Assembly: GCA_963674965.2 (NCBI GenBank)
Contig: CAXXFL010000002.1
Coordinates: 1 to 64,000 of the forward strand
Direction: 5' to 3'
Length of the DNA: 64,000 bases
Source: a bacterium
GTDB taxonomy: Bacteria > RBG-13-61-14 > DATKZS01
Shown: one piece after another, positions 39,407 to 46,851 of the stretch
Numbering within the stretch: position 1 is the first letter of the stretch
Layout: each line of letters starts with the position of its first letter
Position numbers and translations under genes: made by a program
Notes under the pieces: model-generated
The model's input: only the letters and a program-made list of their open reading frames with translations
Told to the model about the DNA's origin: nothing
Database searches by the model: none

Positions 39407-40113
39407 GCGCGCGCAAGATCAGGATCACGGACCATCTTGGCAGGGATGCGGTAGTGGCGCTGGAAGCATGTCGTCTTGGTAAAAACATCACGTACAAGAG
39501 CATGAGCGGATCGACCATTCGCCATGTTCGCCTTGTGAAGGGCTGCACGACAAATAATCATGAAGCTTTGATTGATCGTTTCGGTGATGGACAGGCTCTT
39601 GCCAAGGCATTGATTGAGGGCGACCCGGAAATAGACATGGAGGCGGTGGGCAAGGAGACTGGTCAGTGCAGGAGGGTATTCGTGAATGGCCAAGACCAGC
39701 CATTGTACGCGGCAAAAATCATGGAGGTCGTTTATGGTCCTGATGGCTCGGAATGTGAACGACGGGAACCGAAGCCATATCACTCGAACCTCCTCGATCC
39801 TCGTCCCTGGTCCGGGAAGCTATTACCTCGTAATGTCACGGCCCGGCGTTTTGCATTCACGCGGAAGTACATGGTCAGGCACGTTGACGCCCTTACCTTC
39901 GACTTTCTATTTTCGCTTGCCGGTTACCTCGAAGAGCGAGATAGCCTGGCTATTATCGGCTCCGGACCTGACAGCCTGGGCCCTCTGATCCTTGAACGAA
40001 ACGGCGCTCCCATGCTGGGATTGCTCGAGGGCAGGACAGACGGCGACAGCTACCTGCTGGTTTTGCATCTCGCGGCTTTCGAGTTGCGGCGCCCGCTGGA
40101 GATCGTTTTATGA
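39403..40113 (+). CDS. Hypothetical protein, divergent Ku-like (subunit 2)
   Basis: FTRKYMV..FLFSLAGYLEERDSLAII..LLVLHL..ELRRP resembles the Ku C-terminal half; GTGA overlap with the previous gene. Confidence 0.55.
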   Translation: MSARKIRITDHLGRDAVVALEACRLGKNITYKSMSGSTIRHVRLVKGCTTNNHEALIDRFGDGQALAKALIEGDPEIDMEAVGKETGQCRRVFVNGQDQPLYAAKIMEVVYGPDGSECERREPKPYHSNLLDPRPWSGKLLPRNVTARRFAFTRKYMVRHVDALTFDFLFSLAGYLEERDSLAIIGSGPDSLGPLILERNGAPMLGLLEGRTDGDSYLLVLHLAAFELRRPLEIVL

Positions 40114-43100
40114 TTGTCGATCCGTCCCGCTGGAAGCCATTTGGGCAAGGACGCATTGCTCCTCCGGGCTCCATAGTGAACACTGTTCTTGCAGCCCGAT
40201 TGGCCGCGTACAAACGTAACGTGGCGTCCAGCTATCGGAGCGTATCACCGGACAACATCTTGCAGACCATTCCGCCCGGCAGCCATATTCTGTCACCGAA
40301 GATAGACGGCGAGTGCTGGTTCCTGTATGCGTGGGATGGAGAGGTCGATCTGCTGTCGCCTTCAGGCAGGGCGATTACCGGCATCCCGATTACCCATAAA
40401 GCTGCGGAGAACCTGGGTGATCAAAGAATGCTTGTTGCTGGAGAGCTTTATGCCGAGAGCAACTCGGGCAGGTCACATATCCACGACATCATGTCAGCTT
40501 TGAAGACAGGAGAGCATGCCGATCCCGACCGGTTGCGTTTTGCCGCATTTGACCTGATACAGGATAATGACAAGGATGCGCAGGCATGGTCCTTTCCCCA
40601 ACGGGTTGGGAGGTTACAGGAAATATTCGACACCGGCGATAAAATCCACATCGCTGATTTCAAAACAGCCGATTCGCCCCATGCCGTCGCTCATGCGTTC
40701 GAGCAGACCGTGACCCAAGGTGGAGCGGAAGGAATCGTACTCCGATTAGAAAACGGCGGGATTTTAAAGATCAAACCTGAGATTACCATCGATGCTGCGG
40801 TGGTCGGATACGCTGAATCTCAGGGTCGAGTCCATGAACTTCTCCTTGCCCTGGTGCTGAACGACAATCGCTTTATGCTGATCGGCAGAGTATCTATTGG
40901 CATGAGTGCAGTCGAGAAGATGGACCTTCATGAACGTTTTTCTGAGATGTCCTGCCAATCGAGTTTCCGAAAGGTCACCGACCAGGGAGTCCTTTATCGC
41001 TGGGTACGCCCGAAAATCGTCGTCGAAGTAAAATGCAATGATATCATCAAATCTGACAGCAAGGACCGTCCTGTACGCAGGATGCTGTTGGATTACTCTG
41101 AGGATGGTTGGTCACCCGTAGGGACAACGAACAGCATAAGCATGATAAACGCCGTCTTTCTGCGCATGCGTCATGACAAATCCGTGAGCGTAGCAGAGGC
41201 AGGGATGAGACAGGTGACGGACCATGTCCATCTTGAAGAAACCAAACAACCGCAACTTGATCCTGCTGAAGCGCTTCGCCGCGAGGTCTACACCAAGGAA
41301 GGAAAATCCGGGATAACCGTTCGAAAAGTAGTTACCTGGAAAACCAACAAGCATGGTGCGGACGATTTGTATCCCCCATACGTCGCCTTCTTCACCGATT
41401 ACTCTGCTGCTCGCAAGGAGCCGCTTAAAACCAGCCTGCGTATAGCCTCCACGTTGGAGAAGATAGACAAGATCGCTGACCAATGGCTGGCCGAGAACAT
41501 TAAACGAGACTGGAATTGCGTTAGCCGTGACCTCACAGATCAATCCAACATCATTCATCAAGAAGTCACCCAGGATAATTCAGCGACGTCTTCCAAACAA
41601 TTTTCCCTTCCGAAGACAGTTGAAAAAAACGTCACTATATCATTCGCCCGTAGCGCCTCGCCGTCATTCCCCATCGCCAGGAAACGCCTCAAATCTCTGT
41701 CCGATAGTGGCGCGCTCATGATCGAGACGGACGATAAGGACCGCGAGGTTTGGTACTCTCTTACCATCGGATCTGGTAACCTGGTCGAGCTCGCCCGTAG
41801 AATCTCTAACCTCACCCGCATGGTCCGGGGGTGGAAGTCCGCAGAGTTCTGCATCTCGAGAGAACCGGTCAAGCCAATCGACTTTGGAGCATTTATTAAT
41901 CGACTGGAAGAGGTAGACCGTTGCCGCCGCAAGAAAATCCGTGAGGCTTCAGAGTCGTGCGCTAACAATTGTCGATTGGGATGTGATCAACTCTTTATCA
42001 AGCCCGTCAAACAATCCCTTGACTCGTACCAATCCCGGCAGTTGTGGTGGACGGTCGGGAACTTCGATGGCCGAATGCTGAAAATAGACAAGAGGAAACT
42101 CAAGCGACAAGCTTCTGCCTCTAGAAACGAGCTATACCGGCTGTGTCCTAACTATGATAGTAAAGCCGTAGCGCAAAACATAGATTGTCTGCCCGAAGTT
42201 ATCACTGCAGAGGCCGAGGGCTGGAAAATTATTTATCGCAGGGAAGACGGATCGCCCGCATGGCTATGGCCGGTTAAGCACCCACTGCCCTTCGGGTTTT
42301 CTGATGCGAGGCGTGTGGGCGTAGCGGATGCAAAAGGCGCGATGGAACATGGCCAGCCACATGCTGCGCCACTCCGAAATATCTCTACTGTATCTTACTT
42401 GGACGTCCGCGGGCAGGACGAAGCGGTCGAGGCCGTGCGAGACATGGTCGAGCTACCGATAACGCATGCGGACCTGTTCGCTCAGGTGGGCGTGAGTGGC
42501 GCTGGTGGAGGAATCATTCTCGCGGGACCGCCGGGGACAGGTAAAACTCTTTTGGCCAGGGCCGTGGCTGGCGAGAGTAAAGCGCATATCGAAATAGTAG
42601 CGGGGCCGGAACTCCTGTCGAAATGGTTCGGTGAGTCCGAGAGAAGGTTGCGCGCTGTCTTTAAAAGAGCCCGTGAGCTTCAGCCATCCATCATTCTCTT
42701 CGACGAACTTGACGGAATCGCCGGAACCAGAAATGGAGATTCCAGCCAACGAACCTTTGTTGCCCAATTGCTAACGCTACTCGATGGCATTGAAAGCCGA
42801 GGGCAAGTATTCGTGATCGCTACAACCAACCGGCCCAACGACATAGATCCCGCGCTTCGTCGTCCCGGAAGGTTCGACAGGGTCGTAAACATGGACCTAC
42901 CAAATAAGTCCGGTCGCAAGTCTCTTTTCGAACATCACACCAGAAACATGAAGATCTCCCAGGACATTGATTTTACGCAACTGGCCACTATAACTCCCAG
43001 TCTCTCCGGAGCCCAGATCGCTTTCATCTGTAGACGCGCTGGTGTCCTGTGCATAAAGGAGGCCATAATTGAAGGGCCTTTCAAACAGTCCATGTCCGTT

Positions 43101-43196
43101 AAAAGTAAACATTTAATAAAAGCAATTGAAGAGATGAGGCCAACAAGCTCTCAATCCCATGTCAGTGATTGGATGCCAACAGAAAGTGCTCTTTAA
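40110..43196 (+). CDS. ATP-dependent DNA ligase-like / WGR-like / Cdc48-type AAA+ ATPase fusion
   Basis: KIDGE, AGELY, FAAFDLI, EGIVLR, KIKP, OB fold, FLRMRHDK; GPPGTGKT, ILFDELD, TTNRPNDIDPALRRPGRFDR. Confidence 0.85.
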   Translation: MIVDPSRWKPFGQGRIAPPGSIVNTVLAARLAAYKRNVASSYRSVSPDNILQTIPPGSHILSPKIDGECWFLYAWDGEVDLLSPSGRAITGIPITHKAAENLGDQRMLVAGELYAESNSGRSHIHDIMSALKTGEHADPDRLRFAAFDLIQDNDKDAQAWSFPQRVGRLQEIFDTGDKIHIADFKTADSPHAVAHAFEQTVTQGGAEGIVLRLENGGILKIKPEITIDAAVVGYAESQGRVHELLLALVLNDNRFMLIGRVSIGMSAVEKMDLHERFSEMSCQSSFRKVTDQGVLYRWVRPKIVVEVKCNDIIKSDSKDRPVRRMLLDYSEDGWSPVGTTNSISMINAVFLRMRHDKSVSVAEAGMRQVTDHVHLEETKQPQLDPAEALRREVYTKEGKSGITVRKVVTWKTNKHGADDLYPPYVAFFTDYSAARKEPLKTSLRIASTLEKIDKIADQWLAENIKRDWNCVSRDLTDQSNIIHQEVTQDNSATSSKQFSLPKTVEKNVTISFARSASPSFPIARKRLKSLSDSGALMIETDDKDREVWYSLTIGSGNLVELARRISNLTRMVRGWKSAEFCISREPVKPIDFGAFINRLEEVDRCRRKKIREASESCANNCRLGCDQLFIKPVKQSLDSYQSRQLWWTVGNFDGRMLKIDKRKLKRQASASRNELYRLCPNYDSKAVAQNIDCLPEVITAEAEGWKIIYRREDGSPAWLWPVKHPLPFGFSDARRVGVADAKGAMEHGQPHAAPLRNISTVSYLDVRGQDEAVEAVRDMVELPITHADLFAQVGVSGAGGGIILAGPPGTGKTLLARAVAGESKAHIEIVAGPELLSKWFGESERRLRAVFKRARELQPSIILFDELDGIAGTRNGDSSQRTFVAQLLTLLDGIESRGQVFVIATTNRPNDIDPALRRPGRFDRVVNMDLPNKSGRKSLFEHHTRNMKISQDIDFTQLATITPSLSGAQIAFICRRAGVLCIKEAIIEGPFKQSMSVKSKHLIKAIEEMRPTSSQSHVSDWMPTESAL

Positions 43197-43477
43197 TGTT
43201 AGGACCGTTGACTCTCCTGACGGCGGATAATCTCCGTAAAGCGAGATACTATCTCGGCCGTGATATGTTTGGGATTAGATTTTCTTATGGTCTGAGCGAT
43301 CATCTCAGCGCTTTTTCCGGGGATTCCTCCTGCTTTGTGAAGCTCGACTATAAGCTGAAGGCCCCATAGGAGAGGGACTCCTTCTTGCTTGCAAAGTTTT
43401 CGAAGGTTCCCTCTGTGCCAACGTAGATGAGACACTTCCCCTATGTTAAATTACTGTAGGGCGGGGGAGGTATTAGG

Positions 43478-44017
43478 ATGTATAGAGAGATGGATGAAGA
43501 CAGGAAGAAGGCAGGGATTGTTGGGGAGACGGAGGGAGCCCGTAGGGCGACCGGAGTCTCCCCAACCGGGACGGCCGAGCCGGAGGACACTCCTGCCAAG
43601 CGGCCCGAGCGGGTGGGGGCGCCGATCATTCTTCCCGAGCCGGAGGTCCCGGAAAAGCCCGCCCGGCGGCGCTTCACCGCGGCTTACAAGCTCGCAATCC
43701 TCGGGAAGGCCGACGCCTGCTCGGGGCATGGCGAGGTCGGCGCCCTGCTGCGCCGGGAGGGCCTTTATTCGTCGCACCTGACGGCCTGGCGCAAGCAGCG
43801 GGACGAGGGGGCCTTGAAAGCGCTTTCGCCCGTAAAGCGGGGCCGCAAGCCCAAGGCCAAAAACCCGCTGGCCGATGAAGTGGCCCGCCTCGAGCGCGAG
43901 AACGGGAAGCTCCAAAAGCGGCTCGAACAGGCCGAGATGATAATCGACTTCCAAAAAAAAGTTGCCGATCTGCTGGGGATACCCCTGGCCAAGCCGCCCG
44001 GCGAAGAGAGCGAATGA
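43478..44017 (+). CDS. IS3-A OrfA
   Basis: Identical to 35688-36227. Confidence 0.88.
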   Translation: MYREMDEDRKKAGIVGETEGARRATGVSPTGTAEPEDTPAKRPERVGAPIILPEPEVPEKPARRRFTAAYKLAILGKADACSGHGEVGALLRREGLYSSHLTAWRKQRDEGALKALSPVKRGRKPKAKNPLADEVARLERENGKLQKRLEQAEMIIDFQKKVADLLGIPLAKPPGEESE

Positions 44018-45030
44018 TGGAATCGGCAAGCACGGCCGCTCCCCGGGTCGGCGCCAAGGCCGCCTGCGAGGCCCTGGGCCTGTCGCGAGCAACGTTTAAT
44101 CGTCGCGCTAAAATTCCCTTCGGGCCTCCGCCGCCGAGGCGCGCGGCCAAGCCGGCAAGGTCGTTGAGCGAGGACGAGCGGCGCCGGGTGCTGGACGAAC
44201 TCCACTCCGAGCGCTTTGCCGACAAGGCCCCCCGCGAGGTCTGGGCAACGCTCCTGGACGAGGGGACATGGCTGTGCTCGGTCCGCACCATGTACCGCGT
44301 CCTCGACTCGGAAAAGGAAGTCCGGGAGCGGCGCAACCAACTCCGGCGTCCCCGATACAAAAAACCCGAGTTGCTGGCCGAGGCCCCCAACCAGGTCTGG
44401 TCCTGGGACGTCACCAAACTCAAGGGACCGGCCAAATGGACCTGCTACCAACTCTACGTGATCATGGACATCTTCAGCCGCTGCGTGGTGGGATGGATGA
44501 TCGCCGGACGCGAAAGCGCGGAGCTGGCCCGCCGCCTGATCGGGGACAGCATCCGAAAACAGGGGATCGAGCCGGGACAACTCACCATCCACGCCGACCG
44601 GGGGAGTTCGATGAAATCAAAGCCGGTGGCCTTCTTGATGGCCGACCTGGGCGTGACCAAGAGCCACTCGCGGCCCCACGTGTCCGACGACAACCCCTAC
44701 TCGGAAAGCCAGTTCAAGACCATGAAGTACCGGCCCGAGTTCCCGAGCCGGTTCGGCTCCATCGAGGACGCCAGGGCCTTTTGCGTGAAGTTTTTCGATT
44801 GGTACAACCGCGAGCATCGGCACACCGGGATCGGCCTGATGACGCCCGAGATGGTCCATTACGGAATGGCGAGCGAGATCGTGGCCGCCAGGCAAAAAAC
44901 GCTCGACCACGCCTATGAAAAAAAACCGGAGCGCTTCGTGAAAAGACCGCCGACGGCGCCGGAGTTGCCCGGCAAAGCGTGGATCAACCCACCGGCGAAA
45001 CCGGAGGAAATAAACAGTTTGCCACACTAA
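44014..45030 (+). CDS. IS3-A OrfB
   Basis: Identical to 36224-37240. Confidence 0.93.
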   Translation: MMESASTAAPRVGAKAACEALGLSRATFNRRAKIPFGPPPPRRAAKPARSLSEDERRRVLDELHSERFADKAPREVWATLLDEGTWLCSVRTMYRVLDSEKEVRERRNQLRRPRYKKPELLAEAPNQVWSWDVTKLKGPAKWTCYQLYVIMDIFSRCVVGWMIAGRESAELARRLIGDSIRKQGIEPGQLTIHADRGSSMKSKPVAFLMADLGVTKSHSRPHVSDDNPYSESQFKTMKYRPEFPSRFGSIEDARAFCVKFFDWYNREHRHTGIGLMTPEMVHYGMASEIVAARQKTLDHAYEKKPERFVKRPPTAPELPGKAWINPPAKPEEINSLPH

Positions 45031-45387
45031 ATTCAGGAAAGGCGTGTCTCATTTTGCTTGACACATTCCGGTTTTTATCGTTGGTCACACAGGTGAAGCC
45101 ATGCCGTTTTGCCGCTAGGAGACATAGTCGGTCCTGAAACGATGTCGGTCCGGGTTGAGTGGCTGCGGCAAAGGCATCCTCGATTTCGGGCTCAATGATA
45201 ATAAGACCAAGCTCGACAAGTTCGTTTTCGTCATCTATCTGGTTGACTTCGTCTACTACAGGGCTGGCCACATGGAGTGGTCCCACGTATTTCACAACAA
45301 GTTGAAGAATAGCTCGGTCCGCATTGATGAAATCAATGAGGACACAAGCATCCATGATCATCAATTGGGGATTTCGTTGGCGCTTCG

Positions 45388-46500
45388 TCAAAGAACAGCC
45401 TCCCAATTATCGAGGAGATCCCGCATCTCCTCAATACCAATGTGAAGCATTTCCGCGCCACGACTGATAGAAATTTTGTCCTTTTCAAGGGCCTTTCTGA
45501 CAAGACGACTGAAGCGGTCCTCGTAAAAATCGAATCGCTGTAATCCATATGGCTCAGCGGAGTCAATGGCCATTGGTTCTTCCTTAAAGGCGAGTTTTCG
45601 ATTGAATCGTTTCTGATAGGCAACATTGAATTTCATCCAGATGGACTTGTCCGCGACTTCGTGTTCAATGAGTCGAGCCAAAACGGTTTTATAGCTGACA
45701 CGGAAAATTCGTTTGACTTTAAAGACCCTGTCTACGAAGTGCAATCCCGATGCATCATTCCATTCTTTGAGAAATCCCTTGTCCGGCATTATGAAATGTC
45801 CGGCAAAAAAATCAGCCTCTTGCTCCTCTTTTTTGTTTTCCTCAGTTTGAGAAACATCATAGGCGTCAGGATGCAGCATGAGATGACCGAGTTCGTGGGC
45901 TGCGCTAAAGATCCGCCTCTCAACGGTAATCCTTTCCCAAACGTTTACTGCTATGGCAGGGCCTCCGTCCTTTTCTCCCACTGATAATCCGAAAAAACCA
46001 TCAGAAGCCATGGGAACAGACCGCACTTTTATACCTGCATGTTCGAGCAATCCGCAGATATCGTATAATGGCTCGTCATCCCAGAGTTCCAATTTCTTCC
46101 GGCAAAGCTCGGCGGAACGGACGATATTCTCATTGGAGCAGCGCACCCTGACCTTCTTTAGCTCAAAAGGAATTCTCTCGCCGAGAGTTCCCTCTAGGTA
46201 ATTGAAATCCTCTAGCCATCTGGACACCTCTGCCAGGATATTTTCACGGTACTGTACCTTCCGGGTAGAGCGAAACCTTACGGTCTGCAAATCCCTTACC
46301 GGCAAAAAGAGTTCCCGGAGATTAACATCAAGCGCTTTAGCGATTGCTTGAATGGTCTTCATCCGAGGTTCGTTTTTGGCAAGTTCCATGTTCTTGACTG
46401 CGGGCAGGGATATACCTGCTGCTTCAGCCAATGCCTTTTGGCTGAAGCGCTTTGCAGTCCTAAACCGCCTCACGTTTTTAGCGAGTATCTGCAAGTTCAT
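45388..46500 (-). CDS. XRE-HTH + ImmA/IrrE metallopeptidase
   Basis: N-terminal SQKALAEAAGIS HTH; FSAAHELGH; EQEADFFAGHFIMP. Confidence 0.9.
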   Translation of the reverse strand: MNLQILAKNVRRFRTAKRFSQKALAEAAGISLPAVKNMELAKNEPRMKTIQAIAKALDVNLRELFLPVRDLQTVRFRSTRKVQYRENILAEVSRWLEDFNYLEGTLGERIPFELKKVRVRCSNENIVRSAELCRKKLELWDDEPLYDICGLLEHAGIKVRSVPMASDGFFGLSVGEKDGGPAIAVNVWERITVERRIFSAAHELGHLMLHPDAYDVSQTEENKKEEQEADFFAGHFIMPDKGFLKEWNDASGLHFVDRVFKVKRIFRVSYKTVLARLIEHEVADKSIWMKFNVAYQKRFNRKLAFKEEPMAIDSAEPYGLQRFDFYEDRFSRLVRKALEKDKISISRGAEMLHIGIEEMRDLLDNWEAVL

Positions 46501-46528
46501 AGCAATCTCCTTTCCCGACCACATCCCT

Positions 46529-46565
46529 AATATACCACTTATCAGATATTTGTCAAGTAATATCT
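46529..46565 (-). promoter_or_regulatory. Sigma70 promoter with palindromic operator over the -35
   Basis: TTGACA-16-TATATT on the minus strand; AGATATT-N8-AATATCT at 46544-46565. Confidence 0.65.
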
Positions 46566-46851
46566 TTTAGGCATGGAAAATCACGCCTACAATTTCGACT
46601 TGACTTCGAAAAGGGCACCTAATTTAACCACTTGAGAAATAGTGTTAAGTTGATTTCACTGCAGAACAGACAGTCTTCTTGCTTTTTCCATTGTTAAATC
46701 AGTTAGATATTGCACACGGGATTTATAGAGCATGCTTTATGGAGGTCTCATTTGCGGAGCCAGATCTTCACCCACGTGGGGGGGGGAATAGCAAAAAGAT
46801 AAAGTGACGCGCTGATTGCAATGGCCAACCGCCAGGATTTATCTCGCTCTT

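Larger units (their letters stand above)
43409..45070 (+). mobile_element. IS3-family element A, copy 4
   Basis: GTT duplication; same variant as copies 3 and 5. Confidence 0.95.
43199..45391 (-). pseudogene. PIN-domain protein split by IS3-A copy 4
   Basis: IMDACVLIDF..VVDEV..QDRLCL..VTNDKN|LRKLCKQEGV rejoins in frame. Confidence 0.82.

Noticed and set aside
40110-43196. Calling the ligase LigD, or the ATPase FtsH
   Set aside because: No primase-polymerase or phosphoesterase domain; no TM segments or HExxH protease domain
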